A DNA stretch of 63,329 bases, the filler included, from Sphacelaria rigidula (taxonomy: Eukaryota), in NCBI GenBank assembly GCA_964200075.2. It is 8 parts of 8 records of this genome, joined end to end, with 100 filler letters (N's around TTAATTAATTAA, not from the genome) between each part and the next. Parts side by side here need not be neighbours in the genome. Positions count along the whole stretch, not along the records: positions 7,930 to 15,758 come from CAXNAA020013328.1; positions 15,859 to 23,687 come from CAXNAA020013329.1; positions 23,788 to 31,616 come from CAXNAA020013330.1; 5 more parts are not named here. One strand, given 5' to 3'. Under the pieces are notes generated by a model that saw only the letters and a program-made list of their open reading frames with translations, was not told where the DNA came from and ran no database searches. The position numbers and the translations under genes were made by a program. Shown here one piece after another: positions 12,230-24,976 of this stretch (positions are counted from its first letter, which is position 1; every line of letters begins with the position of its first letter).

Positions 12230-12900
12230 CCTCCACAGGTTACTTCTTCCGGATGAAAGCTTATCCTCGGTACTTCTACTACAAACAGTTCGCAAGTCGG
12301 GTTGCCCACTTGAACCTCATCTCGGAGTTAAACCTCCATTCGCACAATTTGCTGTTTTCTTTGGAATATCGGTCAGTGGGCCACTAGAATGCTACGCTTT
12401 CTGGACAAACTGTCTAAGGTACCCGGCGGGTCTAGAAACGAACGTCGTTCTTCAACTGTGTGTGGACGTGACATCTTAGCAATTGCGTCGAGTTTGGACG
12501 GGGCTGGTTGTATGCCGGTGTTATCGATCAACAGGCCAAGGGACTTCTGAGACCCTGCAGTAAAGATGCATTCGGCGACATTTACCAAAAATATAATCGT
12601 GTAGTCGACAAACAACGTTGCACGGGGAAGTTGAGGGGCGAGCAGCACCTCGGTCAACAAATTAAATCGTGCAGTCGACAAAGTTGCAGTAGAAAGTTGA
12701 GGGAAGAGCAACACCTCGGTCAAGAAGCTTGTGAATTTCTTCTCTGATAATGCGACGTTGTTCCGGTGAGAAGCCGCGTTGTTTTGTGACAAAGGGTGTG
12801 CACGCTGTACAACAACCAGCAAAGCGGTTGGAACTCGTACTTCGCCCCCCCAAGGGGGTTCAGCGACCACCTCAGCGAAATAAGTGTCTGAAAAATATAT
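12230..12900 (-). pseudogene. Degenerate Ty3/Gypsy pol (reverse transcriptase) fragment
   Basis: PFVTKQRGFSPEQRRIIREEIHKLLDRGV (RT N-terminus) and LGLLIDNTGIQPAPSKLDAIAKMSRPHTVEERRSFL (RT C-terminus); core deleted, frameshifted. Confidence 0.85.
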
Positions 12901-13305
12901 GTAGGGACTGTAAGAACCATCAATAAAGACAAGATATCTAGTCGCGCAGTCAACTTCCATGGTACGCTGGGCATGAAGGGCAAAAAGACAAAATAGGGAA
13001 ACTACGCAAGTATGCCTAGTGAAAAAGTAATGACAAGGCAATCCACGGGAAAATAAGTGGCGGCATGATATCGAAACCCAAGTTTAAAGCAACTGAACAA
13101 AGCAGTATTATCCCACTAAGGTACAGGGTGCATCACGAAGTCAACCTGGTGAATAACAAACCATACAACCGATAACCAGTGTGGGATAAAATGGGAATCA
13201 TGCTTAGTGACACCAAGGTGATAACCCTGCTACCAGAATGCTATAAAAAGGTGCACGGTATTAGCTAAACCAAACCAATGTGCTGACACTCCACGCCGGA
13301 ACATA

Positions 13306-13444
13306 CCGTCATTGGCAAACCGTTCAGTTTTTCCTGCGTGTCCTCCCCGACGCAATCACGTTCAGCGCCGGTTCCCGTCATTGGCAAACCGTTCAGTGTG
13401 TCCTGCGTGTCCTCCCCGGTGCATTCACGTTCGGTGCCGGTTCC
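13306..13444. repeat. 69-bp tandem duplication
   Basis: ccgtcattggcaaaccgttcagt...gccggttc twice. Confidence 0.85.
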
Positions 13445-14348
13445 CTCATCGGGATGCGACACACCCAGGACAAGAGTATAGGTGAAACAAGGGCGGAAGT
13501 AATAGAGGGCACGGTTAGTACGTTGGAAGTCTCGGAGTACATGAAAATATGGGTCGGTTTTATACTACCTGGCGCAGATCAAAATATCCTGCGCCAGGCG
13601 GTAAATTCGGCGTTGCGAACCAGACAGATGAAACGATTGAAAGCGAAATTGTGCTCAACAAGCATGATGAGTACAGGCAGCGCAACAGACAGGGCTATGC
13701 GGATAGCCTACACCCGCACGGTCATTAGAGAAACATCGAGAGCGCGAAACACAATACAAAAATAATACAACATAAAATACGAAATAGTGCAGCTCTAAAG
13801 AGCTAGACGGCGGCGCAAATTACAAAACACTCAAAATACAATCGGGTGGCTCAAAGGACAGTTACGGGAAACAAGACACTCGGAGATGCAGAAAATGTGG
13901 GTATGCAAGATGAAAGGACAAAAAGACCGAAAGAAATTGAACACCATACCTCACGTGCATTTCACAAATCTCATGGTCACAATAAAAATGCAACCCCGGA
14001 AACAAATTACATACTGATCGTGGTGGATTGATTGTCTCAATTCAATACGGAGCAGGAAGACCAAAATATATTGGAAAATGCCTGGAACACGATCATTGCT
14101 GGTTCAAAACAGCGATGATATTATAGGTAGTCAGGTACAGGTCAGGCGAAGGTGATGCATTGCAGGCGATAATGACAAAAACCGTGCATTCAAATTAGAG
14201 CAAGATACAAGACGATGGGAGCAAAAGGGCGGAAAATACACGTGCATATGACAACATGCGACGCGATGGCAAGCAAGAAAATTACAACCGACAGTAGATG
14301 GCAGAAGCAAATCAACAGCAAAACAGGGTAGCGTAAAGCACGGTGGAA

Positions 14349-14710
<362 letters not shown>

Positions 14711-15440
14711 GATAGGCACCACGGCTATGTGTAACAGCAGCCCCGAGAAGCCCTAAAGAGTAGCCGTCTTCATTATGCAGCCCGAAGTAAAATGACGAGT
14801 CCGCAGGGATGAAAAATTGGAGCTCCTTCTGATAGCTTGTTCGGATGCTCGTCCATGTTCTCGTGCGACCGTATTTGCCTTCCATTCGATTTTATATCGG
14901 CTTTGGTCATCGTGCTTTAAACGTCTGGTTACCTCCGTAGTATCGTAGCGCCGTTACAGCAAGAGCTAAGTTGAGAAGTGACCCGGTCATCAAGCCTTTG
15001 GTGGCGCTCTGTTTGGGTATGATTGTAAGATAGTGCAACGGGGGCGAGAAAATGGAGAAACGCGGGGATACGGAGCACAGGGCACCCACGGGGCAAAACC
15101 AGGGTGGAACACAGGGAACCACGGGACAAAAACCAATTACACGGCCCATGTTCAATTTTTATGTTTCGACGACAAAACAAAAGAGTGCAAGAGCCGATGC
15201 AGCATACCTGGCGCATTGATGTTGCAGTGCTGTAACGTGTAGACCCCTGTTTTTGTCCAAAATTATCAAGACTTTTTTTGTCGACTTCGTTCCAACAAAT
15301 TGATCAATAAAGACTTTGGATTATTTTCTGTTAATTTTTTTGCAAGAAATTGATCAATAAACACTGACAAAACCAAAAAGTATGGTCGGCTTTGCGTGGT
15401 TCGTATGTCTGCTTCTACTCCTTGCCTGATCTGTCCCGAT

Positions 15441-15649
15441 TGTAATGCGTGAGAGGACCGCGTGCTCAGGGGACCGCGTCGTAGTTCGAAACACCTCAGG
15501 ATCGACGTTTTTCAAAACCAATCGTGCCAGTCCCTGCGGGGCCCGCGCCCCTGACCCTAACTCCGCAAAACACTAACCCTAACCCTAACTATAGGGTTGT
15601 TTAAATTCCGAGTCGATCCTCTAAGGACGATGTCCTCTCAAGCATTACA
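15441..15649. mobile_element. 209-bp MITE with TGT...ACA termini (Ginger2/TDD-like)
   Basis: 18-bp TIR TGTAATGC(G/T)TGAGAGGAC; 5-bp TSD ccgat/ccggt; the host repeat lacks it near 6385-6410; internal (CCCTAA)n. Confidence 0.7.
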
Positions 15650-15858
15650 CCGGTGATCTCAGATGCCGGAGGGGACTTTTTTGAAATTGTCCTGATTTCC
15701 CCCCCCCCCTTTAATTTCACTACGTAAGCTAGGCAACCAGGTTACCGCTTTTTTTTTTNNNNNNNNNNNNNNNNNNNNNNNNNNNNNNNNNNNNNNNNNN
15801 NNTTAATTAATTAANNNNNNNNNNNNNNNNNNNNNNNNNNNNNNNNNNNNNNNNNNNN

Positions 15859-15940
15859 TGGCGGGGCACCGGGCGCGTACTCATTTGTTGCTTGCCTTAG
15901 TCGTTCGACCATTGACCACGCATCGTCCCCCAAAATTGGC
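15859..15940 (-). mobile_element. LINE 3' end fragment
   Basis: rc gatgcgtggtcaatggtcgaacgactaaggcaagcaacaaatgagtacgcgccc is nearly identical to 45631-45680. Confidence 0.75.
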
Positions 15941-17779
15941 TGTTGGGGGTGGCGGTGAGAATAAACTTCCGCGAACCTTCGGCCGAGTATCAAAACATTA
16001 CTCAACCACACGCGAACGCGCGTCTGCAGCATGTACATCCCCCGCTCCACCAAATAAGCCACACCCTTCAGCCGTTTCGCAACAAACCATTGTGTGTGTT
16101 CACCATACAAGCACAAGTTACTGTTGGCGAGATCGCGGGTATTGTGCGGTACTGTACTGTACGGATTGAAATTATGATACCGCAATGCCGCTGACCTCGG
16201 CTCATTAGCACGGATCACTATGTACTGTAATGCGACGCGCAGAATTTGCATTGCAACGTTCCATTTTTTTTTTTGTAATGTGGCCAATGTCTTTTCGCCA
16301 AAAACAGTTTTTCCGAAGCCCCGGCTAAAGAAAAAGAGGCCGGTTGGCCGCCGGGCGCTCGCTAATACTTGTAGGGTTGATCGTTTGAACGTCTTGGGAT
16401 GGTGTTCTAACATTTTGTCTGCTTACGGTCCCGCGAGTTTTTGGAACATGGTTTTGTGCGCGCAGATGGACGCTCGAAGGAAATGGGGCGCTCGGCAGAA
16501 GTTCTGAAAAAGAAACAGGTTGAGCCAATAGGCGTTCGGTTGAGCGAAGTAGGTACGCATTTTTTGTCCTCTTCCCTCTGCGCATCCACCGTTGGCTCTC
16601 TCGGAATCAAATGCACTCGGGGCAATGGATACCTGAGCCACATGTTTGCCACCCACCACACGCGTTGCTGAGAGCGACAAGCTCACCACTGCGTTTCGAT
16701 GCGCGTTGCTCGTATGCGCGTCAAGTTATACTCGTCCTGCCGAGTTGGCTGTCTGAGATTGGGGGAGTTCTGAATGTTTTCCGCACACCTATGGCACAGC
16801 ATCAAAACACCACCCGACCACGGTCGCGCCTACTTTCTCATCATCAGTGGGTGGAAACAACGGTATGACACGCTCAGCGTGTCATCGCTCCCCACTGAAC
16901 ACAGTCTGCTGCGCGCTACTAGTATCCCTGCCCAAGTGTTTCACATAAACACTACAGCATGAGACCATGTCGACAGCACAAGAGGTGTCAGGAACGGGGC
17001 AAGTCGACGAGCACAGCAAAAGGCGCGTCTCTTGCCCACAGACTATTGTGGTTGACTGGTCGTTTTCCCAAATGGTCAAATGCAGCTTCGCTACTGGGTA
17101 GCTATCTGTGGGACACCTGGATGGGAACAAGGTGAGAATTTTGACTCATCATAACATAAAAAATGAGTCACTCCCCTCCTTTCGGGCCTCCTTCCTGGCT
17201 CAACCCTTTCGGAGCCCTCCCCTTCTGTCCCCGGGCGAGACGCCGCATTATTTCAAGTGCTGACAAATAACAAAATATGAGAACAGAAGACTGACGGCAA
17301 CCATTTCTACAGCGGAAGGCCACAGAAGAATCAACCAGCAAACCCCATGCGCGCACCAAAATTGTCACCACGGTGCGGTCGGATTAGTTTTGTCCGATAA
17401 GGGGACGCAACGGGTCAAGTGTGGTCAACTTTGTGCACAGTCAAAATCAGCACTTGCGTGCCTGAACTCCTTCCAAGCAAAAACTCGACGACACCTGTCT
17501 ATTTTCTATATATTGAGTCCCGTGCTGCACTGAGGCACATATTTATACGGGTCTGAAAAAGGCGCCTCGGTCCAATAGTTTTGCGTGAAAGCTATCAAAA
17601 CTCGAACCATATGTCGTTAAAAACACAGCACTTCGTCATCCACACTTTTCCATTGCCAGTACCAAACGGGTCAAGAGTTTCCGCGGCAAACATCAAAACC
17701 CGCGTGGTTTGAGGCGACTTCGTTAGCAGTCCCGTTGTCCAGCGTTGTTTTATTGTATGCCCTTAAAGATAGCGATCAA

Positions 17780-18434
17780 TAGGCGAATCTTGACACCTTG
17801 GAATGCCTTGCTGCACTCGATGAGACGGTTCCAGCACATCTGCGCGTTTTTCCGGTGGCCGCTGGTTTTGTCTCGGCCAAACTCAAATTTTTCTCGGAGA
17901 CCATCGATATATTCATCCATGCGATGGAACCATACCTAGTACATGTCTCATACTCAGGACTGTACCTGGATACCTCAGTTATTCTACCCAACACATCGCT
18001 CGGCGACATAGATTGGAATACCCATGCTAGTGTATTCCACCAGATACCGTGACTCCTGTGAACCGGGACACGAAGACACATTTTTTTGCGCGGTCTTCCA
18101 AACAGATCACGTCGGTGGTGCCTGTACCGTAGTCCATCCTCAGGGGAGTCCAGGAAAGGCAACCAGTTTCTGAACATGTGTCAGTATCGGGACCATGTGC
18201 CCAACGTCCTTATCTCTTCCAATCCCATGCTCTTTACCGGGTCCGCAGCTCCGGGTATCACGTGAAGTTCGACATTTGTGTGGATGCGACCGGTCTCCGA
18301 GAGAACTGAACGGTCTCCGAGCAAGATGCAAGTTTGGCCGAGAACAAAACTGCGGCCACCGGAAAAACGCGCAGGCGTTCTGAAACCGTCCCCTCGAGGG
18401 CAGCAAGGCATTACAAGGGGTCAAAATTCGCCTG
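17780..18434. mobile_element. ~655-bp non-autonomous element with ~125-bp imperfect terminal inverted repeats
   Basis: 17780-17905 is the reverse complement of about 18310-18434; no clear TSD. Confidence 0.7.
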
Positions 18435-19394
18435 GCTCTCGTGTAGGGCGTAGAACGACGCAGAAGCTCGAACCAGGCAGTTTTCCGGATATCCAGTTTT
18501 CGATCGAAAAGTGTGGTGGTTCTTTTCTATGACGTGACGGGTCATCAGTATTGTTGTGAAATAAAATCCTATCAGAACAGGGTTTTTTTTTCTGCCGCAC
18601 TTTTTTCGATCGAAACATATGTTGCCAAGACAGGGCCTAGGCCCACTTCTTATTGAAGCCGTTCAAAGTTCTGTTTTCGCCTGCCTCGATTTTGAACGAG
18701 GATCAAGAAAAAAACACTCTTGAACCACAAGATTGGAGTTGCATATCCATGACGTTGCGTAACTTTGGAGCTGTGTACCGGTACAGCAGCACCCAAAAAA
18801 GATATTGTATGGTTGCACAACCATCACGTGACTATTCCAGCTTTGTGTCGACAGTATCCTGTTCCCAACCCAATTCTGTACAGACCGAGCCACAGCGGGA
18901 GACAGTAGCTCAGGCAATCTCCAGCGCAGATCAAACCGCCTTCGTAGAGCCAACTACAGCAGAAAAAATAAACATGTGAGCACCAAGGACGTTGTTAGTT
19001 TTACGAACGACACAACGCATACAGTACACCATGATGACGTTTCCGGCAGTATAGAGACCTGTATACCGATCGGGACACAGCATACAGACAGTACAGCACT
19101 TCACGCAATCTCCGACGAAGATCAGACAGTCTTCGCAGGGTTCAAACACACCACACTACCATGTCAGCAACGGCACAGGATAATGGGTCTGGGCATGAAG
19201 CGCCTTGTTCGTCGCGAAAGACGCAACACCCAACACACACACACACACATATGGCACTTTACAACTTTGACAAGATAACACTGCGTGCCGGCTACAGTTA
19301 TTTTACACAGAGCGGAACGGAAAAACAAATACAGCAGTTGAGGCAATTCCAGCAGAGACCAAACAGTACAGTGATAGCTGCAGCACATGAGCCA

Positions 19395-19734
19395 GGTGTG
19401 AGTGTGTTGTAGTACAGTAAAAGATTACATGTCCCATATTTCAGTTATCCGCCCAACTTTCAAGGGGCCCTCAAGCGTTCATAATCGTCTTCCGCATTCG
19501 AACGTCCTTGCAAAATCCGCGACCCGTCCAAAGTTTGTCCCAAAATAGTGGTCTTTGGTAAGGTGTAGGTGTGAGTGTGTTATAGTACAGTAAAAGATGA
19601 CGTGTCCCATATTTCAGTTATTGGCCTAATTTTCAACGGGCCGTCAAGCGTTCATAATCGTCTCCCGCATTCGAACGCCCATGCAAAATCTGCGACCCGT
19701 CCAAAGTGTGTTCCAAAAAAGTGGTCTTTAGTAA
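19395..19734. repeat. ~174-bp tandem duplication
   Basis: gtgtgagtgtgtt...gtggtctttrgtaa twice. Confidence 0.9.
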
Positions 19735-20477
19735 CACACATTCAAAATCTTCGAAACAAAATTTTTAACCGCTTCGGTAAGAGTTGGTATAATACACCGC
19801 CTGAATACCCCTGAATTATCAGCCGGCGTGACTGTTCCGAGGCACAGCTCGCAGTCTAGGTTCGAACAGATGACCATCTTACACTAAAATACAGAAAATA
19901 AACATAATCTGACCATTTTTCACCTCTTCGCGCACTGCTGCAACGCCCAACCCCAGATCGAGGCAGACAGGCTTGTTGACTATGGTTTGCATGACATGTG
20001 GCCGAAGTTTCAGTGCGTTGCATCGCTGACAGCTTGCGTACGACCGTGCCTCCCGAAGTGAGCACCTTTACGGGCGATGTCTGAATGAGTTGGTACAGAT
20101 TGTAATTATCCAAAAGACATCCCCGTACGGATTCATAATTGCTTGCGAGTACAGCATTCCCCCAGGTGCTCATCATGTGAGAATGGGTGCACCAGCGTCC
20201 CGAGATTTGCATTCACTCACGGTGTACTGACTCTGGGCTGCGAAAGCCGCTTTGTGGGCGTACGGCCGGTATCACCTAAAACCCAAATAGCCGCCCAGTT
20301 TGACACGTGTGCACGCCGAGCGCGCCACCGACTGATGCACATGCTGTTTGCGCTGTGTCCCACTAGCGCACCAAGTTTCACGGTGGGCTTCTCCACCCGT
20401 GATCGATATACTCACAAGCAAAATTTCTGTTCGAAACCGCAATAATCTTCGTGTGGGGGCCAAGTGCGGGCATTTAC

Positions 20478-20547
20478 AAATATAGTGCGGGTATTCACAT
20501 ATATACAATAGTGCGGGCATTCACATATATACAATAGTGCGGGCATC
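20478..20547. repeat. 28-bp tandem repeat
   Basis: atagtgcggg(c/t)attcacatatatacaa about 2.5 times. Confidence 0.8.
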
Positions 20548-20824
20548 CAAACATACTTCATTTCTTCTTGTTTATTGCGCAAGACTAATGAATGCTCTTC
20601 TTCTCGTTTCGTCTCTTGCGCGTAATATGTCACGGCTGTACGGCTACAACCGTCGATACAGCCAGCAACGACCTCTCGACCTCTCTAACAAGCAGGCACC
20701 CACATCGAGGCCGTACTCGTCAAGTTCATCTCCTTTCATTCAATCCCATGGTTGAAAAACACTCGGTTCAAGAGTGAGATCACCGTCGGATCTGTTGGCT
20801 CTTGACATTCCCAGGCGAGCATTT

Positions 20825-21121
20825 TTCTTTCTGTCACCCTCCGAATCCCTCCCCGTTCTAGGGAGGAGTGCGTGGTCTCAAGGGATCAACCCACCTGTCC
20901 CCGGTACACGCCGTGCTTTTTCGTCTCGCGGATTGGGTCAGCACTCACGCACCGCGCCAACTCTCGTCAAACAAACTCAGTCAACCACTTTTTGTTCACT
21001 CACGTGATCGTGCTTTGGACGGTGGAAATCAGATACTTGAAAAAAAAAACAATGCATCGGGAATCGAACCCAGGTTCTCTCCACCCTAATGGTGACAGTC
21101 GGGCCATTAGACCATCGGGGC
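20825..21121 (-). mobile_element. tRNA-derived SINE family 2, near full length
   Basis: rc head GCCCCGATGGTCTAATGG...GGTTCGATTCCC with Pol III A and B boxes; body also at 7632-7829, 21155-21210 and 56445-56635. Confidence 0.75.
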
Positions 21122-21540
21122 ACGGGGGCAAATGTACGGCCTGTACCGAGGCAGAGATGGGCTGACTCCTTGAGACCACGAACTCGTCCAGAGGAAGGAG
21201 AGGGGCTTGACGTGTGTCATGTGTCTTGTCATCTCATCTGTTCTGGACACCAGTCTACACCATTCGGTACATGTGAGCAACATCAGCCGGCGTCACACTC
21301 AGTGTTGTTCCTTTTCAATATTATGGAGACATTTTACTGAAATTATCATTAATCATCCGCGGCGTCAGTTGGAGACGATCATGATTTAAAGCCTACAGAT
21401 ATGCTCAGACTAGAGGGGCTGACGTCCTTGAAAGAGAGGTTTCCACATCAGCACGGATACCTGGCGCTATAGACCAGCCATTGCGCGTTTGGCAGCCGGA
21501 TGGGGAAGGATACATCTTACTGCGAAAGGGGGAAGCGTAC

Positions 21541-21681
21541 TTTGCACATGTATCCGCGCACGGCAATACCCTGGCGAAGTTGACGCTGTGTGTTCTCAGT
21601 GCCAATCCAACGAGTACTGTTGTGGTACTGACTGTACGATGCGAGCCACGCCTCGACAGGGCTCGAATACCCGCGACCCAC
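21541..21681 (-). CDS. Candidate internal exon of an unidentified gene
   Basis: Strong acceptor ttttttttcacag, donor gtacgc, 141 nt phase 0/0, VGRGYSSPVEAWLASYSQYHNSTRWIGTENTQRQLRQGIAVRGYMCK. Confidence 0.3.
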
Positions 21682-22189
21682 CTGTGAAAAAAAATCAAGT
21701 GGCAACTCGCACTCTATCCTATTCTGTAACCAAGTGAAAACTCCGCACAAGGGAGGTCACGCGCCTGCCAGAGGAAGGTAAATATCTTCACGTGGCAGCA
21801 TACCATCGAAGAGTATCCGGTTAATTCTCATGGAAGAAAACTACAGCAACGCCCCTTGTCATTCTGAGATCGTCGTGATAACCGCCACGCTAAGTCTGGC
21901 ACTGTGAGGGAGCAGACGTTGCCCCCTGCCCGAACAGATCCGCAGTGGTCCTTGACAGAAGACATTATTCTCCTTGGCTGCGTTATGCGGCCGCGTCTTG
22001 TTCGGCACAGCGTATGAAACCCGAGGGCGTCTGCCTCCAACATATGGAGAACTTTAACTGGTGTTTGCTTCTCGCCTTGGACCCGGCCTCGACCAACAGG
22101 GGGGCGATATAAACAACAACGATGGCAAGACCTACTCCTGTCTCCGCGCGGACTTCATGTCGTTACCATCTAGAACTGTCATCAGAGAG

Positions 22190-22410
22190 TGTTTTTGTTT
22201 TCGGAATCACCGCAGCATCGCGCATAATCATCGTTTCAAGCCACATAGCGCACAAAACGTCTTGGGTCGCCGAAACTGCTGCGTCGACACCCACCTGCGG
22301 CTCGGGTCCGTAACATTCAGTATCATCAGACGCCTGGTGTACTGTGTTGGGGCGCCCAATATAAAAATATACCGCCTCCATATTTATGCAAAATAATAAC
22401 ACCGCGCAGA
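22190..22410. repeat. Dispersed repeat shared with about 44570-44790
   Basis: Shared cgtttcaa...gcgtcgacacccacctg...aaaatat..cgcctccatatt...aacaccgc. Confidence 0.6.
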
Positions 22411-22411
22411 A

Positions 22412-22863
22412 GGATGAAGGTCAACACAGTAGGGTTTTTCTTCTTAGCGCCCCACCTTCCTTTTGCGGTGCGTATACTTCTATTTATCGCGAGAAGGGTT
22501 CGGCGGTCCCTTTCCCTTGTCGACCGTACATCAAATTATGAGTACCCACGACATAGAAGGCCGTGTCTTATCGGGACTAAAAAGACAAGCATGAAGAGGA
22601 ACAAGGGTCCAAAGCAGCAAGTTGATTGACCGTCGGGCGAGTCCATGGTTGCGGCAACCAATCACCATGCTGCTTATGGACGCTTGTTCCTCTTCGTGCT
22701 TGTTTTTTTGGTCTCGATAAGACATGGCCTAATGGTGGCTCTCTTCTGCATTGTCGAGCATGACGTGAGAAAAAAATCCAGATCCCGTGACTTCAACGAG
22801 ATCCGAACTCATGTTTCAAACGTCAGAAGGTTTCGAGGTTGCCAAACAACCCACCGGGGGCGA
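22412..22863 (-). mobile_element. tRNA-derived SINE family 1 interrupted by a MITE
   Basis: Colinear with 24660-24976 and 50000-50335 once 22559-22729 is removed. Confidence 0.75.
22559..22729. mobile_element. 171-bp Tourist/PIF-Harbinger-like MITE
   Basis: ~60-bp TIR GGCC(G/A)TGTCTTATCG(G/A)GAC...GAAGAGGAACAAG; flanks GAA/TAA; absent from the other SINE copies. Confidence 0.75.
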
Positions 22864-23129
22864 CCAGTAGAGTTTACGGGAGTTGGGCTACAAATATCCA
22901 TGGTTGATAGTAGACCAACTTTTATGGCAACGAATCTCGATTTTTTTGGGATCCCGATTTTGTAAAAATCGGGCCGACTCAAATTCGTGAACTCAAAATC
23001 GGGGTGACCGTTATATGGTTTCACGGAATTTTGAGGGACACTTTTCTATAGGAAGGGTTATGCTCTGGAAGGGGTGCACACGTGTCATCCTCCAATTTTC
23101 GAAATTATCACGCGCGCGTCTACTCATAG

Positions 23130-23687
23130 TCCCGCACGACCTCTCAAGAGCAGTCGATGATCAACACCTTCAGCGCGCACTCGACCACTACAATCTCACC
23201 ATGACTCACACATTGATGCTGGACATGAGCGACGCCACAGAAAAACAGCTGTCATGGGCCTTGAAACGTCTTGCAGTGTCGTGTGCACCAAACACGTGAA
23301 AGCCTTCGTAGGCAGTCTTGAGGACGGTGCAGAACGTTGCTGTCTGGTACGCAAGGGCTGGGATCCGGCAGGGCAGGGCCATGTCGACGGACGAGAAAAA
23401 CGAAGAAGGCGCACGAAACTACAAGAACTTCGCGGTCCCTGCATGGTTGAAGGTCTTCAAAGACAAGTACAACTTTGGTCCGCCGTGGTTGACCGCAGAC
23501 ATGATGGGCCGCACAACCCTCAACGATGGTGAGGGCTGGTTTACATCCGCATCGGAGAGCGAACAATCAATAGTCTAGACTACTTTTGTCCGCCGTGGTT
23601 GACCGCAGGCATGATGGGCCGCACAACCCTCAACGATGGTGAGGGCTGGTTCACCTCTGCATCGGAAAGCGAACAGTCAATAGTCAA
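23130..23687 (+). pseudogene. Frameshifted transposase fragment, Mutator/MULE-like
   Basis: LMLDMSDA...VVCTKH (Asp about 20 aa before CxxH), then W...TTLNDGEGWFTSASESEQ (candidate catalytic Glu region); the last ~110 bp are tandemly duplicated (23470-23577, 23582-23687). Confidence 0.45.
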
Positions 23688-24015
23688 NNNNNNNNNNNNN
23701 NNNNNNNNNNNNNNNNNNNNNNNNNNNNNNNTTAATTAATTAANNNNNNNNNNNNNNNNNNNNNNNNNNNNNNNNNNNNNNNNNNNNATTAGTTTCAGTG
23801 AAGTCACCGCTTCACCAACTGGGCGTATTACTCCTCGAACTGTGACGACGTCAAAATCGACGGGAAAGTCGATTGTTTCGGGTCTCACTTTGAATCTGAA
23901 ACTACCCTCTGAATCTCACGAATGTAGTGTTCCTACTGGAGCTAGTTCTCATTATCCGAATAGGACGTCGAGCTTCCCTTCTTGCACACGCGGCCATTTG
24001 GCTACCTCCAAACTT

Positions 24016-24285
24016 CCTCCAGATGGGTACACTTTTCGAGCCTCCAGAGGAATTAAACGCCTCCAGAGGGGTGCGCGGCCCTCCAGAGGATTTTTTTGGT
24101 TCCCTCCAGAGGGGTTGGACGCCTCCGGGGGCTTATTCTTGCCTCCGGAGGGCCGCGCCTACCCCCAAATTCCTCCGGAGGGGTGCGCGGCCCTCCGGGT
24201 CGGTAGAGTTTGGTCCCCTCCAGAGAGATTGAAGGCCTCCGGTGGCTTGTTTTCCCTCTGGAGGGCCGCGCATCGCTCCGGAGGC
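24016..24285. repeat. Array of palindromic CCTCC(A/G)GAGG motifs with variable spacers
   Basis: About 12 copies at roughly 19-30 bp spacing. Confidence 0.8.
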
Positions 24286-24583
24286 ATTTGGGGGTGTAGC
24301 CGAATGGCCGCATGTGTGATCCTCGCCAATGTACATGATCTTCGTTCGAAATCCACCTGATGACCATGAGAACGACGGGCGTCCCAAAAAATGTTGGCCA
24401 CTATAGATCGATCATCGACTGGTTGGTTGATTGATTGGTTAACAAACTGTTTGTCGCAAATTGACCGATTCGCAGTGAATCCAGGCGCGGTCACAACATA
24501 GATTTACGTGCACATAGTAGTCTGGTTTGCATATATATTTTGATAAGAAGCTTCTGGTCGCATCCAAAAAATTGTGTGTCTTC

Positions 24584-24976
24584 TGTTGTCGGCCCATTTA
24601 TTTTTTGTGGACGCCCGTCGGCACCTTTTGGTAAATATATATATATATATATATGTGGGTGCACCACCAGCCGGGGTCACACAGGACGAAGGTCAACACA
24701 GAGTTTTTTTTATTTTTTGTTTGTTTTTAGCATTCCACCTAGTCTAAGTATTCCTCCTGCGGTGCTTGCGCCTTTATTTTTTATCGCGAGAGGGGTTCAG
24801 CAGCCCCTTTCCCTCGTCGACCGTCAAGTCGAATTTTGTGTACCCACCACATACATGGTCGCTCTTCACTGTTGGGCGTTGTGTGAGAAAAAATCCCAGA
24901 TCGCTTCGAGAAGTGAACCCACGACCCAACCGTCAGAAGGATCCGAGGTTACCAACTGAACCACCGGGGAGACCGA
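24584..24976 (-). mobile_element. tRNA-derived SINE family 1, full length
   Basis: rc head CCCCGGTGGTTCAGTTGGTAACCTCG...GGGTTCACTTCTCG (A and B boxes); further copies or fragments at 21225-21300, 32030-32125, 39493-39545, 40355-40510 and 50000-50335. Confidence 0.8.

Noticed and set aside
21050..21121. tRNA gene (also 24900-24976 and 50260-50335)
   Set aside because: A and B boxes are present but there is no complete cloverleaf, and the heads continue into shared SINE bodies.
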